NCBI GenBank assembly: GCA_013334825.1
Contig: JAAXWR010000003.1
Location: 101,167 to 165,166 of the forward strand
Origin: Candidatus Yonathbacteria bacterium
GTDB lineage: Bacteria; Patescibacteriota; Minisyncoccia; Phycocordibacterales; JACNGX01
Direction: 5' to 3'
DNA: 64,000 bases
Position 1 is the stretch's first letter, and the number at the start of each line of letters is the position of its first letter. Made by a program: the position numbers and the translations under genes. Positions 18,687-26,214 of this stretch are shown here, piece after piece. The notes under the pieces were generated by a model that was given only the letters and a program-made list of their open reading frames with translations, was not told the DNA's origin and made no database searches.

Positions 18687-20168
18687 CTAACTAACGCCAT
18701 ATTTTTTTCGTATTTGTTTGAGTTCTTTTTCTTCTTCCTCCTCTCTCTTTTCTTTTCCTTGCTCTCCCAGTATACGAAGTTCGTTGTCAGTAAGCCCGGT
18801 AAGTTCATGCGTACGTGCATCAAGATATAGTTCTGTATTTTTGTCTGGGTCATCGAGTACATCCTCCAGAAGCGCGTGAAGTATCCATCCCAGTCGCGGT
18901 CCCGCAGCTTCTTTGGTGAGTGTCATGATGCGATTGCCGTTGGTTTTGAGCATACCGACTGATACAGGTGCGCGCATGGCTTCTTCAACCATTGCCTCGT
19001 ATTTGCGGAGACGATACGGGCGCTCCTTTGGCCGACCCATGCCGATACGATCGCATGTGCGCAAATTCATAAGGTCACGCACCAGTTCAGGTCCGACATT
19101 GTGCACAATACGACGTACTGCCGAAAGTGTAATCTGTTCGATATCGGAAAAGAACATATGATAACGGACAAGCTTACGGACATTTTCTATCGTATCGCGT
19201 GGGTATTTAAGACATTCAAGGACATGTTTTGCTGTACGGGCACCCACAACTTCATGTCCGTAAAAGGTCGCATGTCCTTTAGAAGTATCATCTCGCCGTG
19301 TCGTCGGCTTTGCAACGTCGTGTAACAATGCAGCGAGACGGATATGAAGAGGAAATCCTTTATCTGCAGCATGTTGGAGTGTCCGCAAGCTATGTTCCCA
19401 CACCGGATAGATATGGTCTCCGTTCTGTGTAACGTTTATCCCCTCTTCGAGCTCAGGCATTATATGCTTTAGAAGCCCCGCGTCATGGGCTATTTGTATG
19501 CCAGCCATAGGTTGCGCGGACATAATCAACCGTGAAAACTCATCACGGATACGTTCCTTGGAAACATGAGAGAGAAGCTCTGCATGCTTCATGATAGCTT
19601 CTTGAGTTTTTGGAGCTATCGTGAAACCAAGTTCTGCTGACAATCGTATGGCACGAACCATGCGAAGTGCATCTTCAGTAAAACGCTCAGATGGGTCACC
19701 AACAGTAACGAGACGCATGTCCTTTATGTCCTTTTGTCCGTTATAAAGGTCAATCAAATGTCCTTTAGACGGATCATAAGCAATGGCATTGACCGTGAAG
19801 TCACGACGTTTCAAGTCATCTTCCAAATGTTCACTAAAGTGTACTTCATCCGGACGACGTTTGTCCGAGTACGTACCTTCAAGGCGATACGGCGTTACTT
19901 CAACGACACGAAGCGTTTGATCGTCTGTTTCATTCACTACACCGACGGTACCATATTCATTTTCATAAAATGTTTCAGTAAAGAGTGATTGAATGATATC
20001 GGGCGTGGCGTTCGTGGTAATGTCCCAGTCTTTTGGTTGTGCGCCACGAATAAGATCACGCACACATCCACCGACGAGGTAGGCCTCATGGCCAGCCTTT
20101 TGGAGCGTTTCGGTTACTATAAGAATCTCTTTAGGGATGGGGTAGCGTTTCGTCATGCTGTTAATCAT
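18687..20168 (-). CDS. cca: CCA-adding tRNA nucleotidyltransferase with a C-terminal HD domain.
   Basis: PolyA_pol head domain (GGCVRDLIRGAQPKDWDITT) and an HD-domain C-terminus. Confidence 0.9.
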   Translation of the reverse strand: MINSMTKRYPIPKEILIVTETLQKAGHEAYLVGGCVRDLIRGAQPKDWDITTNATPDIIQSLFTETFYENEYGTVGVVNETDDQTLRVVEVTPYRLEGTYSDKRRPDEVHFSEHLEDDLKRRDFTVNAIAYDPSKGHLIDLYNGQKDIKDMRLVTVGDPSERFTEDALRMVRAIRLSAELGFTIAPKTQEAIMKHAELLSHVSKERIRDEFSRLIMSAQPMAGIQIAHDAGLLKHIMPELEEGINVTQNGDHIYPVWEHSLRTLQHAADKGFPLHIRLAALLHDVAKPTTRRDDTSKGHATFYGHEVVGARTAKHVLECLKYPRDTIENVRKLVRYHMFFSDIEQITLSAVRRIVHNVGPELVRDLMNLRTCDRIGMGRPKERPYRLRKYEAMVEEAMRAPVSVGMLKTNGNRIMTLTKEAAGPRLGWILHALLEDVLDDPDKNTELYLDARTHELTGLTDNELRILGEQGKEKREEEEEKELKQIRKKYGVS

Positions 20169-20206
20169 ACGTCTTTTTTCCTTTTATGTCAGGATGTATT
20201 GGTGCA

Positions 20207-20803
20207 TTATTCTGTAATGACATTAGTATTGAGAAATTCATTTTTTAAAAAATCTGTAAAATCGGACATTTCTTTTCGATATAGTGTTAGTTTTTCATGT
20301 TGTTCTTCTTGAGAGAGAAGAGGTATTATTGTGGCGCCGAAACTCTGAACGCGGAAACTACCGAATGCTCCTATACGATCAAAAGTGAGACGTGCATCGA
20401 AAGGTGTCTCTCTTTGTGAATAAAACACTGACAACAGATTAGTCATGTTCTGCCGTTGTTGTAGATTTTCAATCGTCCACTGGTGTTCTAACTCTTTTCG
20501 CATACCTCCCTCTGAATCATCAAAATGCTCAGGTTCCGGAGCACAGATTTCTACCCAAGGAAATAGTTCACCCTGTGTTCCATCAGTTTCTTCATGTCCC
20601 TCACAGGATTGGCTTGTGGTAAATTCATATGCACGAAAGGCGGTTACTGTGTCTTTGATTCCCGCTTCAACACCAAAACCGAGACGGTCAGTTATCAGTT
20701 GTACCTCGGCTTGAACAGTATCCCATTGGGATTTCCTTTTGTTATTCATAGTGTCGCTTTCGTCTATCGAAGCATGAGATGTTGATGATTCTATGTGAGT
20801 CAT
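20207..20803 (-). CDS. Acidic hypothetical protein.
   Basis: 198-aa ORF with no recognised domain. Confidence 0.5.
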   Translation of the reverse strand: MTHIESSTSHASIDESDTMNNKRKSQWDTVQAEVQLITDRLGFGVEAGIKDTVTAFRAYEFTTSQSCEGHEETDGTQGELFPWVEICAPEPEHFDDSEGGMRKELEHQWTIENLQQRQNMTNLLSVFYSQRETPFDARLTFDRIGAFGSFRVQSFGATIIPLLSQEEQHEKLTLYRKEMSDFTDFLKNEFLNTNVITE

Positions 20804-20962
20804 AATGATATGTTTGATGATATGAGGTGGCTATTAGGATTCGAATACTATCTTCTAGAGCAGTAGACTTGTATGGTTATGATTATTAACATAATGCTAC
20901 GTTAAAAATCTAACACCCGCAACCCTATTTTACTGAAACCTAATTATGACAAGTGAAGTGGA

Positions 20963-20984
20963 CGCGAAGCAAGCAGTTGCTTCG
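20963..20984 (+). repeat. Hairpin gcgaagcaa-gcag-ttgcttcgc. It is the inverted-orientation counterpart of the hairpin gcgatgcaa-ctgc-ttgcatcgc at about 22945 and 33946, with a compensatory A-T to T-A swap.
   Basis: Direct sequence comparison. It lies adjacent to an antisense tRNA-Arg 3'-end fragment (tgtaggggcaccc). Confidence 0.6.
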
Positions 20985-20994
20985 CTGTAGGGGC

Positions 20995-21096
20995 ACCCAG
21001 CCCTACTTTCATGAGAGAGTCAGAATGTAAAATAATTTAAATACACAGAATAACCATAGGCAATCACACATACATACTATATGAAAATAGAGCTGG
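20995..21096 (-). mobile_element. MITE-like element, copy a. Terminal inverted repeats cccagccctactttcat / atgaaaatagagctggg flank an AT-rich core of about 68 bp.
   Basis: It shares its terminal inverted repeats with copies at 21123-21225, 28784-28882, 22836-22934 and 33836-33935. It is flanked by tRNA-Arg 3'-end fragments in opposite orientations (gtaggggcaccc ... gggtgcccctaccagg). Confidence 0.65.
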
Positions 21097-21122
21097 GTGC
21101 CCCTACCAGGAACACTCACTGC

Positions 21123-21225
21123 TCCCCAGCCCTAATTTCATCACGGGCAATCGTACATGTAACAACCGTATACACTGGCAAAAAATTATACATGTATATG
21201 CGTAATACATGAAAGTAGAGCTGGG
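21123..21225 (+). mobile_element. MITE-like element, copy b. It is the near-identical inverted copy of 28784-28882.
   Basis: The reverse complement matches 28784-28882 apart from a few substitutions. Terminal inverted repeats are cccagccctaatttcat / atgaaagtagagctggg. Confidence 0.7.
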
Positions 21226-21320
21226 TGTGCTCGCGAAACCCACGGTTTCGCGGACATCCTCCACGGGGAACCAGCAGGTTCCCCGACCCCCTCCGCGTTC
21301 GAATCCTGGTAGGGGCACAG
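21225..21320 (+). ncRNA. Structured 'X' element, copy 1: hairpin 1 (gcgaaac-ccacg-gtttcgc), a linker (catcctccac), hairpin 2 (ggggaacc-agca-ggttcccc), gaccccctc, then a pseudo T-arm (cgcgttcgaatcc) and a tRNA-Arg acceptor 3' fragment (tggtaggggcacag).
   Basis: Three copies exist: here, about 28693-28786 on the minus strand, and about 28536-28618 on the minus strand. Hairpin 1 stems covary (gcgaaac/gtttcgc versus cttatggaa/ttccataag) while the loop ccCNCgg is kept. It does not fold as a canonical tRNA. Confidence 0.45.
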
Positions 21321-21399
21321 TTTCCACAGCGCTTGCACTGTGACACAAAACACCACTTCTTTTTAAAGTGGTGTTTTGTGAAACTGTGCCCCTACCAGG
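21298..21399 (+). terminator. Inverted repeat gaatcctggtaggggcacagtttc ... gaaactgtgcccctaccaggattc (about 24-26 bp arms made of the tRNA-Arg 3' end) enclosing an inner hairpin caaaacaccact-tctttttaa-agtggtgttttg. This is a bidirectional terminator-like structure.
   Basis: Seen directly. The right arm is the 3' end of the minus-strand tRNA-Arg gene. Confidence 0.55.
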
Positions 21400-21458
21400 A
21401 TTCGAACCCAGAACGACGGTTCCGAAGACCGGCGTGATATCCATTTCACCATAGGGGC
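21387..21458 (-). tRNA. tRNA-Arg (anticodon TCG), no encoded CCA.
   Basis: Cloverleaf traced by hand: acceptor gccccta/taggggc, D stem gtga/tcac, anticodon loop cttcgga, T loop ttcgaat. There is one mismatch at the top of the anticodon stem. Confidence 0.8.
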
Positions 21459-21515
21459 AATGGTTTCATCATACATGGAGCAACGAGAAAAAGCAAAATA
21501 ACCGCCTTTTGGCGG

Positions 21516-21980
21516 TTATGAGTCTTTGATTAACAGAAGATATGAATGACAATCTGTTTTTCGCAATATGAATTCGGATTCTTCTTGTTGTAGCTTATCT
21601 CCGAATGACATATTGCGTATATACCCTACTTCTCTTTTCCACCAGAGGTATACACCGTTGTCATGTTCATGATATCCAAGTGTCATGGAAGTGAAATCAT
21701 ACAGGATCCCCCCTATGATACAGTAGGATTTTTTTGGCTGTTGTGCAGCGCAAGAGCATCGCACAATTTTTGAAAACATTTGGTGTTCGAGAAAGATTTG
21801 CATCTCCGTATGGTTGGCAATACGCCATCCAGACATTGGAGAAACAGCATCGATGATAATAGTCCCCACGGGGATACGATAGAGCATTGCCACACGATCA
21901 GGAATACCAAGTGCTTCGTTGCCGAGAAGAAACGGTGTTCGAGGGACTATCTCTGGAATGTTCGGACGTGTTATAAACAT
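21516..21980 (-). CDS. Hypothetical protein.
   Basis: 154-aa ORF lying between tRNA-Arg and tRNA-Gly. No domain recognised. Confidence 0.45.
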   Translation of the reverse strand: MFITRPNIPEIVPRTPFLLGNEALGIPDRVAMLYRIPVGTIIIDAVSPMSGWRIANHTEMQIFLEHQMFSKIVRCSCAAQQPKKSYCIIGGILYDFTSMTLGYHEHDNGVYLWWKREVGYIRNMSFGDKLQQEESEFILRKTDCHSYLLLIKDS

Positions 21981-22061
21981 ACCTTCTTATTTTTTATATA
22001 GATTGTGAAAAAAGAACTTGAGATGTTGTATCACAAAAAGGGGAAAAACAAAACCCCGGGA

Positions 22062-22427
22062 CTATGCCCGGGATGGTACACGCTTTCGCATTGTCAGTAT
22101 GACGGGATGGAGATGTACAGGGTCACGAATGACCAGCACATTCTTGCCCGCGGGAGATTGTATTGTGAGCATCTCCCCACTCTCCGAGAGATAAATCCAC
22201 TCCCTTGATTTTTTTCTCGCGCAAACACACGTGTGTCCCGTGAGCTTGAAATAGTTCTCAAGGTGTTCACGTCTGGCGATGTGCCAGTGCTTCGTGTAGA
22301 CTCCCTTCCATGTTTTTTCTTTTTCAGAATCGGGAAGAGTGACATTCCCGTTTCTGTCAGCACGACATGTTGTGAAAGGGTATCCCCCTTCCAAACATTG
22401 TCTTGACTCATCCGCGTTTGTTCCCAT
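22062..22427 (-). CDS. Hypothetical small protein, possibly HNH-like (Cx8C ... HWH ... N ... H ... CVC).
   Basis: The called ORF 22062-22628 reads through the antisense of tRNA-Gly (VGRIELPSQPWQGRVLPLNYTR), so it is trimmed to the internal Met at about 22427. The Cys/His spacing is suggestive only. Confidence 0.3.
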   Translation of the reverse strand: MGTNADESRQCLEGGYPFTTCRADRNGNVTLPDSEKEKTWKGVYTKHWHIARREHLENYFKLTGHTCVCARKKSREWIYLSESGEMLTIQSPAGKNVLVIRDPVHLHPVILTMRKRVPSRA

Positions 22428-22500
22428 GAGGATCTCCTCTGAGTTAAATGAAGTTTTTCTTAAAGTACTGCTCTTATCCTTATACCACCATTTCAAAGAA

Positions 22501-22528
22501 TTGCAAACTTTTTGTTTTTGTGTACAAT
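22501..22528 (+). promoter_or_regulatory. Sigma-70-type promoter for tRNA-Gly(GCC): TTGCAA, a 16-17-bp spacer, and an extended -10 TGTGTACAAT.
   Basis: Consensus-like hexamers about 25 bp upstream of the tRNA 5' end. Confidence 0.55.
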
Positions 22529-22553
22529 GTTGAGTACGGTTGAAATGAAATAC

Positions 22554-22627
22554 GCGGGTATAGTTTAGTGGTAGAACGCGACCTTGCCATGGTTGAGACG
22601 GGAGTTCGATTCTCCCTACCCGCACCA
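22554..22627 (+). tRNA. tRNA-Gly (anticodon GCC) with an encoded CCA.
   Basis: gcgggtatagtttagtggtagaac...ttgccat...gggagttcgattctccctacccgcacca. The full cloverleaf was traced. Confidence 0.95.
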
Positions 22628-22629
22628 TA

Positions 22630-22668
22630 CAGCAAAAAGGAGACGGTTTGTCCGTCTCCTTTTTGCTG
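22630..22668 (+). terminator. Rho-independent terminator after tRNA-Gly(GCC).
   Basis: cagcaaaaaggagacggtttgtccgtctcctttttgctg hairpin with a U tract. Confidence 0.7.
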
Positions 22669-22811
22669 TATTATGGTGCGAGGTAGAGAAAGTGCATTTA
22701 TGCACTTTCATGGAGAATCGAAGCGCCGGAATATATCCTGCGCTTGCGCAGGATTTGAGGCGCCGTCCAAGAGTACTTAGCGAAATACAAGCTTTAGCGC
22801 AGTATTTCGGT

Positions 22812-23092
22812 TAGTAACTCTGGGACGATTCTCCCCCAGCCCTACTTTCATAAAAAACGCATGTACAGTACGTGCGTTTTTTATGTGATTATCAGATATA
22901 TATTTTGGGGGTGTTTCATGAAAGTAGGGCTGGGTGCGGGTAGAGCGATGCAACTGCTTGCATCGCGCTTGCCTCGCCGAAACCTGTCTTTTGGAAAGGT
23001 GAAGGCGGGTGGAGAATCGAACCGAGCACCACTTTTGCAATGGCAAAAGTGGTGCTCGGGAAGCGAATTAGTAACCGCGGGACGATTCTCCC
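22812..23092 (+). mobile_element. Composite tRNA-Gly-associated element of about 235 bp bounded by about 25-bp direct repeats (ttagtaacNNNgggacgattctccc at about 22812-22836 and about 23068-23092). It contains a MITE-like hairpin (22836-22934), an anti-tRNA-Gly acceptor (tgcgggtagag), the hairpin gcgatgcaa-ctgc-ttgcatcgc, an antisense T-arm fragment (ggcgggtggagaatcgaacc), and a 13-bp-stem hairpin (gagcaccactttt...aaaagtggtgctc).
   Basis: Direct comparison with the second copy, which is fused directly to the 3' end of tRNA-Gly(TCC) at 33836-34020. The direct repeats resemble a degenerate tRNA-Gly T-arm (gggacgattctccc versus gggagttcgattctccc). Confidence 0.6.
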
Positions 23093-23223
23093 ACAAAAAC
23101 GAACCGACCTTATGGGGCGGCTTTCGCTTTGCGCTGTGTGGGTAGAGCGATGCAACCGAAACGGGCGAACAATCGAACTTGATTTATCTTAAAAAAGATA
23201 TATACTCTGCATATATCCATACG

Positions 23224-23271
23224 AAAAGGGGTCCGAAAGGTGTTGGTGCCTAAGGACCCCTTTTCTTTTTT
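23224..23271 (-). terminator. Bidirectional terminator hairpin aaggggtcc...ggacccctt with flanking T tracts, downstream of the NYN gene.
   Basis: Seen directly. Confidence 0.6.
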
Positions 23272-23806
23272 AAAGAAATTCAATCTTTTTTCGCACATCA
23301 TTGTTTTCCAGATAATCAAAATATTCCGACCCGAGTTTTTTGTATAGGGATGACGCGAATTCCTTATTTGGAAAGAGTATTTTCTCAAACAAATTTCTTC
23401 TGACCAGATAATCAACGACTTTCTTATAATCTCCGTCTCCCGACACCAAGAGTATTTTTGATAATTCTTTATTTTCTGCGACCTGTTTCATTATTTCAAA
23501 TACAATATCAGTGTCTACATTCCCTTTTTTCTTTGCGAGGAGTAATGAATTATGTTCTTTAAAGATGACGATAAAACCTGCTTTCTGAAGATTGTTGTAT
23601 AAATCTTGTTCTTTTTCAGAAACGTATCCGATAAAATAATATGCTTCTTGAACAGCGTATTTGTCACGAAGATACACACGGAATTTTTTAAAATCGACTT
23701 TCCATCCATTTCGTGTTGTTCCGAGATGTAGATTTTGCCCATCAATGAACGCGATATTATATTTTCTCAGGGAAGTCATGTATATATCATAGCAAAAATA
23801 ACTCAC
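23270..23806 (-). CDS. NYN-domain (LabA-like) protein, second paralog.
   Basis: NIAFIDGQNLHLG N-terminal motif and a SGDGDY motif. Its local GC of about 33% is low. Confidence 0.8.
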   Translation of the reverse strand: MSYFCYDIYMTSLRKYNIAFIDGQNLHLGTTRNGWKVDFKKFRVYLRDKYAVQEAYYFIGYVSEKEQDLYNNLQKAGFIVIFKEHNSLLLAKKKGNVDTDIVFEIMKQVAENKELSKILLVSGDGDYKKVVDYLVRRNLFEKILFPNKEFASSLYKKLGSEYFDYLENNDVRKKIEFL

Positions 23807-23830
23807 AAAACAAAAAAGCCCCCGTAGGGG

Positions 23831-24052
23831 CTAGGGTAAAAAGAGCTTCGCGAGATACCCGAGAGTGTCAATGTGGAAATATCTGTAGAGGTCCACAATA
23901 ATTTCCAAGACAATCGCAGTACCTAGCATGCTCCACAGTATAGATGGACACGTATGCATCGCGTGCATGTACCTGTTCCATAAAGATATGGGTTTGCTGT
24001 CAATGATTTCAACATCACCGACATTCCCCGCGTCTCCAGTAATTTTTTTCAT
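23831..24052 (-). CDS. Small hypothetical membrane protein.
   Basis: 73-aa ORF with one hydrophobic helix. Weak call. Confidence 0.3.
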   Translation of the reverse strand: MKKITGDAGNVGDVEIIDSKPISLWNRYMHAMHTCPSILWSMLGTAIVLEIIVDLYRYFHIDTLGYLAKLFLP

Positions 24053-24165
24053 TTTTTTCCTCTTACTTTTTATTATTATATTTCAAAAAAGAACCATCCT
24101 AGAATACATGATAATCATCACATCCTCAAGGATAGAGCCGACGCCTGAATGCACGTCGGCAATAG

Positions 24166-24615
24166 TTAAAAGAAAACCTTTTTCTCCGATCCAGGAAAGG
24201 GATATAGAGAGATACTGGGACGTTGTGCGTCAAAAGGAATTGTTAAATCCTTCGACACACATTCAGGAATCTCAATAAATACCTTCCAAAGACCTTTGAG
24301 AAGCCATTTTGAACATGGCTCAAGGATGATTGCGACATCCCCACTCTTTCCCTTGTAAAGAGAAAGTTTCTCAAAGAATCTTTCCACGGCGATGTCTTCG
24401 GCAGCATCATTAACGGTGATGTTCATCATGTCGATGAAACTTTCCAAGGACTCCATCGCTTCCGAGGAAATGAGAAAAAGCTTTTTCTTTCCATGTATTC
24501 TCTCATGATTTCCGAGAAATACACGAGGCATATTATCAAGACACAATGTGTACTGATTTCTGCCACTCCCGCTTTTTTCGAGAAGTTGTGCGTCTTCAGC
24601 AATCATTTTTGCCAT
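24166..24615 (-). CDS. Hypothetical protein.
   Basis: 149-aa ORF with a good GGAG RBS 8 nt upstream of the ATG. It is preceded on the minus strand by a 780-bp ORF-free leader. Confidence 0.55.
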   Translation of the reverse strand: MAKMIAEDAQLLEKSGSGRNQYTLCLDNMPRVFLGNHERIHGKKKLFLISSEAMESLESFIDMMNITVNDAAEDIAVERFFEKLSLYKGKSGDVAIILEPCSKWLLKGLWKVFIEIPECVSKDLTIPFDAQRPSISLYPFPGSEKKVFF

Positions 24616-25396
24616 ATTATTTTCTCCAATTTATTGAATGAAAAGAACAATCCACATTCAAATGCACGTTTTATAAACCTGCTCTTGAATATGGAGCCGA
24701 CGAAGTGTCGGCTCAAATGATGACCAATAACAGGGACCGCATAGTTCACACTACGGTCTACGACACATAAGGTACGTTACTTTCAGACTCCATGGTCCGC
24801 AGTTCGTTTCCACCGTGTCGCATTTGCTCTGTTACGGGTGTTAGTATTCGGCTGGTGTATAAAAAATGTTGCGATCATTCTTTATACAAAATCCTGCGCC
24901 GATACCCTGTAATGGGAGATTGTAATCTCCTTGTTCGCTTAAAAGATGAGGATTTCTCGGAAGACGTCTAGTGTGGACGCTTCCCCGGTCATTAAAACAT
25001 GAGCTTCAGGCCCACATCCTAATGACACCAACACCAGCACGAACCATCACCCCCTCTAGCAACGAGGGGCAGATACCAATAAGTTGGCATCTGAAAGGGA
25101 GATTGTTTATGAGCCAAAAGTTTGGCCAATAAACGCAGATTATTGGGGGAAGGCATCAAAACAAGCCTAACCCTGACAACAATCCATCAACCCTTAAAAG
25201 AATTTGAAAAGATCATTTCCATTTCGTCCTTTAGGACTCATCGGCACGGATACACATCCATGGATGGAAACGGAAACAAAGGTGTTTCCGGCGGTTTTTA
25301 GCAAGGCCTGCCACCTTGTCGATTCGCTTCGGACGAATCTCCTTCATCCCTCATACAAAGGGTTCTGTTGCCAACGGGTGAAGTCGCCCGTCCGGA

Positions 25397-25792
25397 TCAG
25401 CATAAGAATATCGGTACTTTTCGGAGCGTTCCATCGCGATATAGAACTGTGCGTCCCCTTGTATGGTTTGCACATTCAACATCAACGATGAAATCACCGT
25501 CCTCATCCTTATTCACCGTAATCATATCAACATAGTAGTCCTCAACCAAGTCACCTTCTTCAGGTTCACCCTCGATAATGACAAACTCCCAGTTGATATA
25601 CTTTTCGGTGTATTTGACGAGGCATACAGATATTCCGTCGGAGTCATTCGCTGTAAAAGCGAAGAGCCCGGCGTGATCCCGCGAAAGAAAAAGAGAGCCC
25701 TCGCAATATGCAGAAACAAGGTTTGTTTCTTGCAAAACGCGGTTCATCGTAATCTTCGCGAATACTTCCAGAAATAAAGTTGAATTACTCAT
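25397..25792 (-). CDS. Hypothetical acidic protein.
   Basis: 131-aa ORF with no recognised domain. Confidence 0.45.
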   Translation of the reverse strand: MSNSTLFLEVFAKITMNRVLQETNLVSAYCEGSLFLSRDHAGLFAFTANDSDGISVCLVKYTEKYINWEFVIIEGEPEEGDLVEDYYVDMITVNKDEDGDFIVDVECANHTRGRTVLYRDGTLRKVPIFLC

Positions 25793-26214
25793 AGTATATT
25801 CTCCTTGGAATAGAGTGAATGAATGAAATTGAACTTAATTTCTGTCGCAAGTATATCCCGAAATCATTGACACATCAAAAAATATGTCATATTTTGCTAG
25901 TTTGTAAAAAAATACTTTACAAACCTGCAATTTGAAAAGAACTCCGAACGATAGTCCGGTATTGAAACCGTATCCAAATGTCCAAAGATACGACCTCAAT
26001 ACCAGATCCGACAACCTGTCGGCGACAACTTTTTGTTTTTCACCTCACTTCCCTGCTCCAACGTTCTGTGCATATCATAGCGCACAATTGACTTATTGTC
26101 AAACAGTGTGTTACAGAATATGTCTATACGCGCAAAAAACACATTGAAAATAAAGGCTAAAACCTGTCGGAAAATACTTTACAACAATGACTCTTTTTGT
26201 TATGATATGCATAT

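Noticed and set aside
21225-21320. X element as a genuine class II tRNA, tRNA-Sec or permuted tRNA.
   Set aside because: No complementary 5' acceptor strand at the expected distance. The anticodon-like loop lacks U33. The T-stem does not pair in two of three copies.
22062-22628. 188-aa minus-strand ORF whose N-terminus reads VGRIELPSQPWQGRVLPLNYTR.
   Set aside because: That N-terminus is the antisense translation of the tRNA-Gly(GCC) gene, a classic artefact. Only the downstream part from about 22427 is kept, as a low-confidence CDS.
24616-25396. RNase P RNA, tmRNA or SRP RNA in the ORF-free region.
   Set aside because: I looked for P4 motifs (GGAAAGTCCGG / ACAGAANCCGGCTTA), the tmRNA 5'/3' ends and the SRP domain IV GGAAGCAGCC-type motif on both strands and found no convincing matches.
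25204-25491. 95-aa plus-strand ORF in the long non-coding stretch.
   Set aside because: No RBS, odd composition, and it overlaps the end of the minus-strand gene 25397-25792. It is more likely non-coding.
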